A DNA stretch of 64,000 nucleotides from a virus (lineage: Duplodnaviria > Caudoviricetes), in the IMG/VR virus record IMGVR_UViG_3300031965_000012, positions 7,998-71,997 of that record; one strand, written 5' to 3'. Under the pieces are notes generated by a model. It was not told where the DNA came from. It did not search any database and saw only the letters and a list, made by a program, of their open reading frames with translations. The position numbers and the translations under genes were made by a program. Shown one piece after another: positions 19,353-29,033 of the stretch. Every line of letters begins with the position of its first letter. Positions within the stretch are counted from its first letter, which is position 1.

Positions 19353-19391
19353 AAAAATAATTTAGTTATTATCAGTGGTTTAATAAAGAAA
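19353..19391 (-). promoter_or_regulatory. Putative late promoter, copy upstream of terS
   Basis: Same bipartite motif and spacing as 3662-3700. Confidence 0.5.
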
Positions 19392-19413
19392 AATAAAGAA
19401 ATTATAAAATATT

Positions 19414-19449
19414 TAAAATAAACCTTGTTTTTATTTTAAATATGAATTA
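19414..19449 (+). promoter_or_regulatory. Class-E (early-like) promoter copy 1
   Basis: TAAAATAAACCTTGTTTTTATTTTAAA core, TTGTTT-17-TATTAT; core repeated five times. Confidence 0.65.
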
Positions 19450-19502
19450 TTATGGTTTCTAAAGGGCATGAGAGATCAATTAAAACATTAGGAGGGTAGG
19501 AT

Positions 19503-19640
19503 ATGAAAGCAGGAATGAGAGTAAAAACAATATATGGGAAGATTGAAACAATTATGGTTATCCAGGGATGCCAGGTTATCACATATGAATCAGCAAGGCG
19601 TGGTAATTGGTATCATATAACCAAAGTATTTTCAATATAG
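19503..19640 (+). CDS. Small hypothetical early protein (45 aa)
   Basis: AGGAGG RBS; MKAGMRVKTIYGKIETIMVIQG... Confidence 0.5.
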   Translation: MKAGMRVKTIYGKIETIMVIQGCQVITYESARRGNWYHITKVFSI

Positions 19641-19652
19641 GAGGAATAGGAC

Positions 19653-19898
19653 ATGGAAATGACGCCAACAGTTAACAAAACTATGTTTTTATTTAGAAAA
19701 TATTTCTACATAGTAAATAGTTCTATGGGTATTGTTGGGTATAATAATATTTCAACAGGAAAATATAAAATCTACAAATGCAGAATTGTGATAGTTTGTG
19801 AAGATGCAACAAATATGGAAGATCAAGTAAACTTACTGGTAAGAAATGCCGATATGGCAGAATTGCTTATTGGAAATATTTTTAGAAGGATTCTATAA
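19653..19898 (+). CDS. Hypothetical protein
   Basis: AGGAGG RBS, 81-aa ORF. Confidence 0.5.
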   Translation: MEMTPTVNKTMFLFRKYFYIVNSSMGIVGYNNISTGKYKIYKCRIVIVCEDATNMEDQVNLLVRNADMAELLIGNIFRRIL

Positions 19899-20037
19899 GG
19901 AGAAAGATCATGGAAATGATACCTACCTGTACCTGTGGCGAATGTAGAATTATTGAATATTTAGAAAATGACGCAGTTTTAAAAACTTGTCCAAAATGTC
20001 TGGATAATTGGTGGGGTGATCCAAAGGAGGTAGAAAA

Positions 20038-20361
20038 ATGAGAATGTGGGATATTGATCCGAAATTGTTATGTAGAAAGCATTTATTAGGGGAACATGTA
20101 GAAATGCACATGTTCGTCGGCACTATCAATAAAAATAAATCTGTTAGTGGGTATCTTGAAAAAGGATTGGTTGAAATTCACAATATCAAAAACCGGCATG
20201 AATTGCTATCGGCTGAAATGGTAAAACGTGGATACAATCATAAATCCCCATTACCAGAATTTAAGGCGTGGGAAGCTGGAAAAGTAGATATCCAAGCTAA
20301 TCTTATTGATTTGGCAGGACGGTGTGAGGAGTGCCGGGGGAGAATAGAAAACCATGGCTAA
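20038..20361 (+). CDS. Pyrimidine-dimer DNA glycosylase (DenV-like)
   Basis: MRMW.IDPKLLCRKHLLGEHVEMH, RHELLSAEMVKRGYNH. Confidence 0.75.
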   Translation: MRMWDIDPKLLCRKHLLGEHVEMHMFVGTINKNKSVSGYLEKGLVEIHNIKNRHELLSAEMVKRGYNHKSPLPEFKAWEAGKVDIQANLIDLAGRCEECRGRIENHG

Positions 20362-20671
20362 ATTATTAAATATTGAAGGGGAAGATTTAACATATTCCCA
20401 AGCCGCTAAAAAATACAGTATCAATGAATCGTATCTCCGGAAAGTGGCCTCTGATCATAGCAAAGAATATACTGAGAGATGGGTTGTTTTATATTTTTAT
20501 GCTGATAGAAGGCCTGAGCCATGCAAAACATGTGTGAAATACCGCCCATGCTCTGATAAACTTGCTTTTAATAAAGGAATTGAGCAGAATGCCTGGCCTA
20601 TACTTTTTGGAAATGGTTGTTACCAGGGGAAAGAAGCTAAATTTGATAAGTGGATGTATACCACACCATAA
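20354..20671 (+). CDS. Hypothetical protein, N-terminal HTH-like segment
   Basis: LTYSQAAKKYSINESYLRK; CxxC motif. Confidence 0.45.
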   Translation: MAKLLNIEGEDLTYSQAAKKYSINESYLRKVASDHSKEYTERWVVLYFYADRRPEPCKTCVKYRPCSDKLAFNKGIEQNAWPILFGNGCYQGKEAKFDKWMYTTP

Positions 20672-20686
20672 CCAGGAGGCAGGAAA

Positions 20687-21199
20687 ATGAAATTTACAGA
20701 TATACAAAGATTAACGGAATCAGCTCATTATAGGGTGAATCAAGCCTGGCAAGATTTAGAGGGCACATTAAATCGTTATTTCGATAAAGAACTTACTCCA
20801 CTCAACATAGATCCTGATTTTCAGCGCGGGCATGTGTGGACTAAAAAACAGCAAATTGCTTATGTTGAATTTAAACTTCGCGGTGGTGAAGGCTCAGATA
20901 TTATTTACTTCAACTGTCCTGGTTGGATGGATGATTTCCGTGGGCCTTTTGAGCTTGTAGATGGTAAACAAAGATTACAAGCTGCTAGGCGCTTTATTAA
21001 TAACAAAATTCCTGCTTTTGGAAAATACCGGAAAGAATATGAAGGAAGAATCCCTTCATATTGTGATTTTATATTTGCTATAAATAATTTGAAAACAAGA
21101 AAAGAAGTACTCCAATGGTATCTTGAAATGAATTCAGGCGGAACGCCACATACTAAAAAAGAGCTTGAAAAGGTAAAATTAATGTTGGAGGAGGAGTGA
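20687..21199 (+). CDS. DUF262/ParB-like domain protein
   Basis: PDFQRGHVW and LVDGKQRL motifs. Confidence 0.75.
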   Translation: MKFTDIQRLTESAHYRVNQAWQDLEGTLNRYFDKELTPLNIDPDFQRGHVWTKKQQIAYVEFKLRGGEGSDIIYFNCPGWMDDFRGPFELVDGKQRLQAARRFINNKIPAFGKYRKEYEGRIPSYCDFIFAINNLKTRKEVLQWYLEMNSGGTPHTKKELEKVKLMLEEE

Positions 21200-21203
21200 A
21201 AAA

Positions 21204-21557
21204 ATGAAAGCAACACGAGCAGATGAAGTATGCCAAAGGATTTATGATGGCTGGCCCCGCCCTGGTGATTGGATAGAGTTGGGGTGTTTAATCGGTAATG
21301 GGATTCTACCATCATTTTATAACGTCGATATTAAAAATTTATCCATTAAGCCAAAGCGGCCTCCAATAATACTAAGCAGCGCACCAAAATCAATATATCA
21401 GGAAAAAGGGTTTAAAGACCGTTGGGATTATCTTGATAGTCTGACCGAGGAAACAGGGGCACCAGATGATACTGTCCGGGCATTGGCTGAATTACTTGGC
21501 GAAGAAGAAGATTTTGACGGGTTATTAAATGCTTTAGAAGATTTCCAGGAGGAATAA
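21204..21557 (+). CDS. Hypothetical protein, acidic C-terminal module
   Basis: 117-aa ORF with GGAGG RBS. Confidence 0.45.
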   Translation: MKATRADEVCQRIYDGWPRPGDWIELGCLIGNGILPSFYNVDIKNLSIKPKRPPIILSSAPKSIYQEKGFKDRWDYLDSLTEETGAPDDTVRALAELLGEEEDFDGLLNALEDFQEE

Positions 21558-21796
21558 AATGCTCCCCATCCTATTTAACCACGATGTAACAAACCAAATT
21601 GGGGCTTGTGAGATAACAGATGACGGTGTTATTCTTACATTTAATAAACATTTTTATATTACTGCCTCGCAATTAATTGATCTTTTTCCAGCAGTGGCCT
21701 TTGAGATTATAAAAATGAAAGAAAAAAACGGGGATGAAATATATGTAGAAAAGGCCCGTTTAGTATACTTTTCTATTTAGCTATGGGAGGAGTAAA

Positions 21797-23482
21797 ATGA
21801 ATGATAAACAGGCAGCAATTAATAATTCCCGCATTCAGGTTAAATTTAGGTATAATCCTGATCTCGTAAAATCAATGAGAGCACTGCCTGGTAGGGAATA
21901 TGAATCAGCTTTGAAAGCCTGGTTTTTGCCTTTGGTAAAAGACAGGGTGGAAGATTTATTGAAACTTGATTTTGAACTGAGCCAGGAGCTTAGAAATTGG
22001 TATGTGAAAGATAATGCCATTTCAAACCTCCCAAAAATAACAATCCCCGGCCTCTCTATTACTCCCCGACCATACCAAGAGCAAGGGGTAGCATTTATTG
22101 AGGATAAAAAAGGCAGGGCATTAGTCGCTGATGAAATGGGACTCGGTAAAACTCTACAAGCGATTGCCTGGACACGTCTAAATCCTGCTAAAAGTTTGCC
22201 GGTAATAATCGTATGTCCTGCATCTGTCAAATATCAGTGGGCAGAGGCTATAAAAAATGCTGTGGAAGATAAAACTACTGTTCATGTTTTTGTGGGGAAT
22301 AAACCAACTTTTGTGAAAGCCGATTATTACGTGATTAACTATGATATCCTTTATGTATCACAAATCTGCCCGGTATGTGAGGGAACAAAAAAGGCCCGTA
22401 GAGGTATGGAAATAGTAAAGTGTAGTAAGTGTAAGGGCAAGGGCAAAATCGTCGTTGTACGCGAAGATTTGCTATGGTGTAAGGCAAATACTATAGTGTT
22501 TGATGAGATACATTTTATTAAGGACCAGAAGGCGTTTAGATCAACTGCATCAAAACGGCTAGCATCCGGCAAAAAACATGTAATTGGGTTATCTGGTACA
22601 CCCATTGATAATAGACCAATTGAAATATTTGCGGGACTCAATATCATTAATCCGAAATTATTTCCGTCATATTGGAAATTCGGGCAACGGTATTGTGGGG
22701 CCACTCATACAGGATTTGGATGGGATTTCTCAGGGGCCTCTAATACTCAAGAACTGTTTGAGATATTATCAAGCACTGTTATGATCCGGCGTAGGAAAAA
22801 GGATGTATTGAAAGACCTGCCCGATAAAACAAAAGCGGTTATTCCACTCCCTATTGATAACCAAAAAGCATATGATTCCGCTGTCTCTAAATTTAAAAAA
22901 TGGCTGAAAGATAATCCAGATAACGAAGCAAAAGCCATGGTCGAAATTGGCCATTTAAAACAAGCCGCCGTTGCTGGTAAATTGGAATCATGTATCCAAT
23001 GGATTTGGGACTTTTTAAGCTCTGATGAAAAATTAGTAGTGTTTTGTGTTCATAAAGCAACTGTAGCAATGTTAAAAAAACGGTTTGCTGATATGGCTGT
23101 AGTAATTGATGGGTCTGTTCCCAATGCTAAAAGAAAAGCAATTATTGATCAATTTAGAACAAATGAGGGGAAGCGGTTATTTATTGGGAATATTCAGGCT
23201 GTGGGAACCGGAGTAGATGGTTTACAGGATGTTTGCTCAAATAGCTGTACAATCGAATTTGATTGGAGTCCTAAAAAACATGAGCAGGCGGATGACCGGT
23301 TACACCGTATGGGGCAAAAACAGGCGGTCACTAATTGGTATCTGGTCGGATTAAGGACTATTGAGGAAGAAATTATCAGAATTTTAGATGAAAAAGATAA
23401 AATAATTACCCAAGTTTTAGACGGAAAAACTATTGAAAACAATACTTTACTTACCGGGCTGCTGAATAAGTATAAAAAGTAA
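21797..23482 (+). CDS. SNF2/SMARCAL1-like helicase with HARP-like N-terminus and Zn-finger insert
   Basis: ADEMGLGKT, FDEIH, LSGTP, QADDRLHRMGQ; CPVC...CSKC insertion. Confidence 0.9.
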   Translation: MNDKQAAINNSRIQVKFRYNPDLVKSMRALPGREYESALKAWFLPLVKDRVEDLLKLDFELSQELRNWYVKDNAISNLPKITIPGLSITPRPYQEQGVAFIEDKKGRALVADEMGLGKTLQAIAWTRLNPAKSLPVIIVCPASVKYQWAEAIKNAVEDKTTVHVFVGNKPTFVKADYYVINYDILYVSQICPVCEGTKKARRGMEIVKCSKCKGKGKIVVVREDLLWCKANTIVFDEIHFIKDQKAFRSTASKRLASGKKHVIGLSGTPIDNRPIEIFAGLNIINPKLFPSYWKFGQRYCGATHTGFGWDFSGASNTQELFEILSSTVMIRRRKKDVLKDLPDKTKAVIPLPIDNQKAYDSAVSKFKKWLKDNPDNEAKAMVEIGHLKQAAVAGKLESCIQWIWDFLSSDEKLVVFCVHKATVAMLKKRFADMAVVIDGSVPNAKRKAIIDQFRTNEGKRLFIGNIQAVGTGVDGLQDVCSNSCTIEFDWSPKKHEQADDRLHRMGQKQAVTNWYLVGLRTIEEEIIRILDEKDKIITQVLDGKTIENNTLLTGLLNKYKK

Positions 23483-23493
23483 GGTAAAATAAT

Positions 23494-23529
23494 TAAAATA
23501 AACCTTGTTTTTATTTTAAATATGAATTA
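23494..23529 (+). promoter_or_regulatory. Class-E promoter copy 2
   Basis: Same core as 19414-19449. Confidence 0.65.
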
Positions 23530-23580
23530 CATTCTGTAATCAAGAGAGAGCAATAAAGCCAAAATTAAAAGGAGATAGCA

Positions 23581-23811
23581 ATGAATACTACCCTGACAAA
23601 AAAAGAATCTGAACTCTGGACACTGGCAACAGAACATCTGGGCAAAATAGGTGGAGTTGCTGCTATAAGAAGAAACAGTAATCCTGAAATCCGACAAAAA
23701 GGAAAAACAGAGGGAACGTATGAATGGGCACTTATCCAAACAACGGCGCTTGGCTCAAGTAATTTCTCTGATGAAGAATGCCAAATGCTTATTGATATCA
23801 TAAACAAGTAA
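23581..23811 (+). CDS. Hypothetical early protein
   Basis: AAGGAG RBS, first ORF after promoter copy 2. Confidence 0.55.
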   Translation: MNTTLTKKESELWTLATEHLGKIGGVAAIRRNSNPEIRQKGKTEGTYEWALIQTTALGSSNFSDEECQMLIDIINK

Positions 23812-23847
23812 TAAAATAAACACTTAAACCAACAGGAGAACAAAATC

Positions 23848-24006
23848 ATGACAGAACAAGAAAAAGTACAAAATTGGTCCGTACAGAACATCGACAAAAC
23901 AATCAAGAATAAATTTTGTGCTAAAGCCAAAGAAAAGGGGATAACAATCCCGGCACTCCTTGAGGAAGTGCTCTCCAACTACCTCAAACAGGAAGAGGGA
24001 AAATAG
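23848..24006 (+). CDS. Ribbon-helix-helix (Arc-like) DNA-binding protein, 52 aa
   Basis: AGGAG RBS; WSVQNIDKTIKNKFCAKAKEKGITIPALLEEVLSNYLK fits the strand-helix-GxS/T-helix pattern; not in the ORF track. Confidence 0.6.
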   Translation: MTEQEKVQNWSVQNIDKTIKNKFCAKAKEKGITIPALLEEVLSNYLKQEEGK

Positions 24007-24007
24007 T

Positions 24008-24484
24008 ATGCCTGACAAAAATTACCAGGGAATGATCATTAAACTGGCATACAAATATTCCCTCACCTCGCTAATCGAAATGGAGGATTTAATCAGTGAG
24101 GGGTATATCTGTTTATATGAAGCAAAGGGGCAATTTGATCCCGCAAAGGGTAATTTTCCAACGTTCCTGTACATCAAAATAAGCAATAGGTTCAGGACGC
24201 TTAGTAATAGACAGAAAATAAAAGTTGAACTTGTGCCAGAGCACATTGAAGGGAAAATTTTGCCCCCTGAATACTATCTGGAATTTATGGAAACAATTCG
24301 TAGGCTATCAGAAGGGGCAAGAAGTGTTATCCATGCCATTTTTGGGACAAATAAAATCGTGAAAACCGGTACTGAATCAAGAGCAAAAATAAGAGGAAAT
24401 GTAAAAGCCTATTTACTTGAATCCGGTTACACACATCAATCATCCTGGGAAATTATCAGGGAATTAAAAAAGGAGTTCTCATGA
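24008..24484 (+). CDS. Small sigma-70-family (region 2) sigma-like factor
   Basis: EMEDLISEGYICLYEAKGQFDPAKGNFPTFLYIKI. Confidence 0.7.
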   Translation: MPDKNYQGMIIKLAYKYSLTSLIEMEDLISEGYICLYEAKGQFDPAKGNFPTFLYIKISNRFRTLSNRQKIKVELVPEHIEGKILPPEYYLEFMETIRRLSEGARSVIHAIFGTNKIVKTGTESRAKIRGNVKAYLLESGYTHQSSWEIIRELKKEFS

Positions 24485-24966
24485 AAAATAAGCGATTAAA
24501 GGACTTTCTGAAAGCGGCTTTACTCAGTATTATTTTATTTCCTACCTCAATAGCCTGGATATTGATTTTATGGGCCTCACAGCAATAGTAATTTATAACG
24601 GCCATGTCAGATGGAAAAATACAAATTATTGTTTTTGCTGCGTTGCTAAATCAAAAAAGAAGGCAAAGAAAAAACTAAGGAAGATGGCTAAACTGCTATC
24701 AATTACCAAAAAATTAAGGGTGACAAAAAGCAAACTATGAAAGAAATGAAATGGAATGAAACAACCAACGAATATACGGGCGCGGATGGATGTAAAATAA
24801 AAAGGCTCCTCACTAATTGGGTTTTACTAAACAAAGGTGGGAAAATAATTGATTGTGATAGATCCCAGCATAATCTAGCCACCCGAAATAATTACACCGT
24901 TACTGGGCACTAGCCAGATGCTTTTCCAAGTCAAGTATGATAAACCACCAATATTGGAGGAACAAT

Positions 24967-25317
24967 ATGATTAAATTTTTCAAAAAACTCTTTCGGATAG
25001 TCAAAAATTACGACAGCCACCAGATGTTTGTTGAATCTGAAATATCGCATCTTAACTCGGAGATGAAAATGGCGACCAATTTTATCCGTGAACGCACAGA
25101 AGTTCATGCCGATATCCACATGAAATCTCCTGCTCAGGTGGTAATGATTGGCCACTATCACGCCAAAGACTTCGTGAATATCTACGATGTCGGGCAGGGT
25201 GAATTTGAAAGTTTGCTAGAACACCTAAAACAGATTGACCGGTACGCTAGGCCAGGCCGGTTTGATTCTCCCTGGCCGGTGGTTAATGCGATAATTGAGC
25301 GTGAGTTCAAGCACTGA
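24967..25317 (+). CDS. Hypothetical protein
   Basis: GGAGG RBS before ATG 24967. Confidence 0.5.
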   Translation: MIKFFKKLFRIVKNYDSHQMFVESEISHLNSEMKMATNFIRERTEVHADIHMKSPAQVVMIGHYHAKDFVNIYDVGQGEFESLLEHLKQIDRYARPGRFDSPWPVVNAIIEREFKH

Positions 25318-25329
25318 GGTTTATAACGC

Positions 25330-26232
25330 ATGAACATTGAACGGCTATATAGGGATTACGGTATCCCCACTGCCCCAACCGGGCACAAACATTGGAATAA
25401 AGGATGGATTAACGCCCCGTGCCCCTTTTGTACCGGGAATCCTGGCTATCATCTAGGGTATCACGTATCAAAAGAATATTTCCACTGTTTCCGCTGTGGT
25501 AAGAAGCAAACCGAATATGCTTTAAAAGCTCTATTCCCGCTCTCTAACGCCGAATTAAAGAATCTTATCTCTTTGTACGGTAATAGGCCAAAAAACCGCT
25601 TACAAGCGAAATTTGAGGGGAAGAATAGGCTATCTAAAGTGGTATTCCCTGATGATTGTCACGAAGAGCTAAATCCACTCGCGGAAAAGTACTTAATTGA
25701 CCGGAATTTTAAACCACAAAAATTAATCAAAAAATGGAACCTTCGATCAACTGGGAAATTCGGACCTTATAAATTCAGACTAATTGCCCCAATTTACCAC
25801 TACTCAAAAATTGTGAGTTATCAGGGCAGGGATTACACTGGCAAAGCAGAATTGAAATATAAAGCATGTCCGAAAAAGTTTGAATTAATTGAACATCAAT
25901 CATTGCTTTATGGTGCTGATAAAATTCAGGGAGATAGTGTCGTATTAGTTGAGGGAATTACAGATGTTTGGCGGCTTGGATATGGGGCTGTGTGCTGTTT
26001 CGGAATTGATTTTACACCGTTTCAGATTGTTCGACTAACCAATTATAAACAGGTAATTATTATGTTTGATTCTGATCCACAGGCAATCCAGCAAATGGAC
26101 AAATTAGCTGGGTATTTAGATGGTGCAGGAATTGAAGTAGTGATGAAGGAAATGGTCGGAGGAGACCCAGCGGAACTCACACAAAAAGAAGCAAATAAAT
26201 TTATGAAAACTATACTAGGTGGTAATCTATGA
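25330..26232 (+). CDS. DNA primase (Zn finger + TOPRIM)
   Basis: CPFC...CFRCG, SYQGR, VLVEGITD, MFDSD. Confidence 0.85.
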   Translation: MNIERLYRDYGIPTAPTGHKHWNKGWINAPCPFCTGNPGYHLGYHVSKEYFHCFRCGKKQTEYALKALFPLSNAELKNLISLYGNRPKNRLQAKFEGKNRLSKVVFPDDCHEELNPLAEKYLIDRNFKPQKLIKKWNLRSTGKFGPYKFRLIAPIYHYSKIVSYQGRDYTGKAELKYKACPKKFELIEHQSLLYGADKIQGDSVVLVEGITDVWRLGYGAVCCFGIDFTPFQIVRLTNYKQVIIMFDSDPQAIQQMDKLAGYLDGAGIEVVMKEMVGGDPAELTQKEANKFMKTILGGNL

Positions 26233-26768
26233 GAGACAGCTACGGAACAACATTGATGCCACTATGGAAATGTAAAATAGCAGACTACTATCCAAATGAT
26301 TTTTATACTGTGATTATAGCCGCGTGGAATAGGCGAGATGGCATTAATCTGCTGAAAGAAAAAACAAATCTAATCAGCACAAATGAACCAGAATTGACAA
26401 GAATGAAAAATTGCTTTGGGAAGTTTAAAGAAGCTAAAATATTGAGCTAATTAAGGGGAGGGAGCTGCAATGGAAAAATTAAATATTACACCATTTCTAA
26501 ATGGTAGTAGTGATGATGAATATTGGGAAAAAGTAAAAAAATATAGTAATCCCAGGAAATAAAATTGAATTATATTACAACAAAAATAATATAAATAACT
26601 GCACTATCCATATTAGGGGCATAGTGGATGATGAATATATCGTTTGCCGTAAATGGAGCAAAAGAAATAAACGATGGATGTATTCAATAGAGTATATCTA
26701 TTTTTTCTTCATAGCCTTTGAAAGAAAAAATATTGTCAATTATGGTAAAAGCAAATAGGTATCAACTT

Positions 26769-26867
26769 TGGATGCTAGGAACCTTGATCTCCTCTTGTCC
26801 TAGCTCGGTTTATCCGATAGGGGGTGAGGCTATATTATGAGTATAGCCCTGCGCACCCCCTAATCCA
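26769..26867 (+). ncRNA. Candidate structured RNA, perfect four-way junction (strand uncertain)
   Basis: TGGAT/ATCCA closes GCTAGGA/TCCTAGC, TCGG/CCGA and TAGGGGGTG/CACCCCCTA helices with no unpaired junction bases. Confidence 0.45.
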
Positions 26868-26960
26868 TTTTCATATAAAGTATTAAAATCATTACATAAA
26901 TTATTTTCTTTATTTATCCTAAAATTTATAATATAATGTAATTTCTTTACCCCCTAAAGG

Positions 26961-27070
26961 ATACCCGGGACTGATCCCCCGGGCATGGGGTGAGGGTGGA
27001 TTAATTTCCATCATCGAAGCCTCACCCCATCCTTTTCTTCATAACCATTTCTTCGATGGAGGTGTCAAAA
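26961..27070 (+). promoter_or_regulatory. Structured 5' leader of the replication initiator gene
   Basis: CCCGGG hairpin, 11-bp ATGGGGTGAGG/CCTCACCCCAT stem, competing CATCGAAG/CTTCGATG helix abutting the GGAGG RBS. Confidence 0.5.
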
Positions 27071-27844
27071 ATGGTAAAACGTTCCAGTAGTATCATTTAC
27101 GAAATACAAGATGAGCCAATTGTAATCCATAAAAGTCTATTTGATCTCCTATTAAAACATAAAAATTTTGCTGAATTATACGCTCTATATTCATTTTATT
27201 ATTACACCGCAAAATGGCAAAAAACAAATATCCCTAAAGCAACAAACTCATATGTAGCAAAAGGAATAGGATGGGGAATTGAGAAAGTCCAAAAATATAA
27301 AACACAATTGGTTAAAATCGGACTGATTGAAAAGATTGTTTCCAGAAATGAAAACAGTCAAATAATGGGGCACTATGTTAAAATAAAATTTATATGGGGT
27401 GCTAAAAAAGTAGTTGAGCTACAATCTGATTTTACCAGGCAGGGTAAATTACCCGATATGGCAAGATCAGGTATAAATGCTTTAAGTACTAATAATAAAA
27501 ATGCTTTAAATATTAATAATAAAAATTCTTGCGATTTCCCAAAAGATTTCCAAAAATCAAAAGAGTTCATCCAAGCATGGGAGGAATGGAACCAGCACCG
27601 AAAAGAAAAAAGAAATCCACTTACCCCCACCGCAATAAAACGCCAAATAAAACTCCTCACCAAATATTCCATCAAAGAAGCAATCCAAATAATCAACAAA
27701 TCTCTCAATTGTGGCTACACTGGGTTATTTGATTTACCCAAATCAAACGATATCCCAATCCAAGATCCAGATCATTACGAAGGATTTGTGGAACCTCAGG
27801 TTGTTCGTGAAGCTAACGCGCGAAGAAAAGCCAGGGGGATATAA
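27071..27844 (+). CDS. Putative replication initiator (N-terminal winged HTH)
   Basis: ATNSYVAKGIGWGIEKVQKYKTQLVKIGLIEK HTH; C-terminal AWEEWNQHRKEKR..LT; upstream of a DnaC-like gene; GGAGG RBS favours ATG 27071. Confidence 0.65.
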   Translation: MVKRSSSIIYEIQDEPIVIHKSLFDLLLKHKNFAELYALYSFYYYTAKWQKTNIPKATNSYVAKGIGWGIEKVQKYKTQLVKIGLIEKIVSRNENSQIMGHYVKIKFIWGAKKVVELQSDFTRQGKLPDMARSGINALSTNNKNALNINNKNSCDFPKDFQKSKEFIQAWEEWNQHRKEKRNPLTPTAIKRQIKLLTKYSIKEAIQIINKSLNCGYTGLFDLPKSNDIPIQDPDHYEGFVEPQVVREANARRKARGI

Positions 27845-28504
27845 ATGTCAATATCTCCATTTGTGCTACAAAAACATCCAGCACCTTTGCAATTTATCCA
27901 ACAATGCATTTGTGATGGTGTTTATAGGTCCACTGGTTCACGTAGACATTCATCTGCCAAATTATCCGATTACAATGATAAAATCCAAAAACAAATCCGG
28001 CAATGCCTACTCAAAAAAACAGGGGTCTATATTTCTGGCTCCACAGGAGTTGGTAAAACTCATTTGCTTGCCGCCATCATCCACGAAATTTATACCAACA
28101 AGTTTTGCGAAAATGTGGCACATCTAAATTCCACCAAAGACAAACGACTCGATTATATCAAAGGGGTCTGCTATATGGCTGAAAGCCACGACATCAACAA
28201 CGAAATAAAAACCATATACTCCAACAATGAAAAAGCGGTCACAGAATTGATTAGGGACTATGTGGAAATCCCACATTTGTTTATTGATGATTTTGGAGCT
28301 GAAAAACAAACTGAGCATACCTCAGATGTTTGGGATGCTATTTTTAATGCCCGGTGGTGTAAAGACAATTTAGCTGCCACATACATCACATCAAATTTAT
28401 CAATTAAAAAAATTCAGGAAAGATACGGATCAAGAATTTCTTCCAGAATCAAAGGAATGTGTTTTGAAATCGAATTAGTAGGGAAAGATAAAAGGGTAGG
28501 GTAA
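27845..28504 (+). CDS. DnaC/IstB-like AAA+ helicase loader
   Basis: GSTGVGKTHL, LFIDDFGAEK, ITSNL, YGSRISSRI. Confidence 0.85.
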   Translation: MSISPFVLQKHPAPLQFIQQCICDGVYRSTGSRRHSSAKLSDYNDKIQKQIRQCLLKKTGVYISGSTGVGKTHLLAAIIHEIYTNKFCENVAHLNSTKDKRLDYIKGVCYMAESHDINNEIKTIYSNNEKAVTELIRDYVEIPHLFIDDFGAEKQTEHTSDVWDAIFNARWCKDNLAATYITSNLSIKKIQERYGSRISSRIKGMCFEIELVGKDKRVG

Positions 28505-28634
28505 GAAAGTGTATTTATTTATCCATTCTATAGGGTAAATCTTTCGCGTAACGAACAATAATTAAATTTTTATACCCTAGTATACCTTGAGTATAAAAAC
28601 GCCTTAAATCGAATTTTTATAATAAGCGGATAAA

Positions 28635-28732
28635 AAGTATAAAATAATTAAAATAAACCTTGTTTTTATTTTAAATTGCTATATAATAGTAATCAAGAGG
28701 TAAGGGAAATTCAACAATAACTAAAAACAAGG
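28635..28732 (+). repeat. Class-E promoter plus leader copy 3 (98 bp identical to 46597-46694)
   Basis: Direct base-by-base comparison. Confidence 0.85.
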
Positions 28733-28742
28733 GAGTAAGGAC

Positions 28743-28967
28743 ATGAAGGTATTGGAAAAATTCTTAAAAAGTGATGGATTTAAGCATACTACACACAGTA
28801 ATTCCTGGAATAAAGGTAATACAAGAGTTTATTTTGAGGATAACACCGTTCATGTGCTCCGGTTTAATAACCCTAAATCTCAATTGATAGAGTGGCATAA
28901 TATTATTGACGGTAATATGTCAATTGAAGCAATTGAAAGTATTATTTTCACAATGGCCAGAGTTTAA
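28743..28967 (+). CDS. Hypothetical early protein
   Basis: First ORF after promoter copy 3, with RBS. Confidence 0.55.
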   Translation: MKVLEKFLKSDGFKHTTHSNSWNKGNTRVYFEDNTVHVLRFNNPKSQLIEWHNIIDGNMSIEAIESIIFTMARV

Positions 28968-28977
28968 CTTAAAAATC

Positions 28978-29016
28978 TAAACTTTTTCATAATTATTTTT
29001 AGGGAACTTAGTATAA
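28978..29016 (+). promoter_or_regulatory. Class-M promoter copy 1 (39 bp identical to 50046-50084)
   Basis: TTTTTCATAATTATTTT-N9-TAGTATAA. Confidence 0.6.
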
Positions 29017-29033
29017 ATAAGGGAGGTAGAGAA

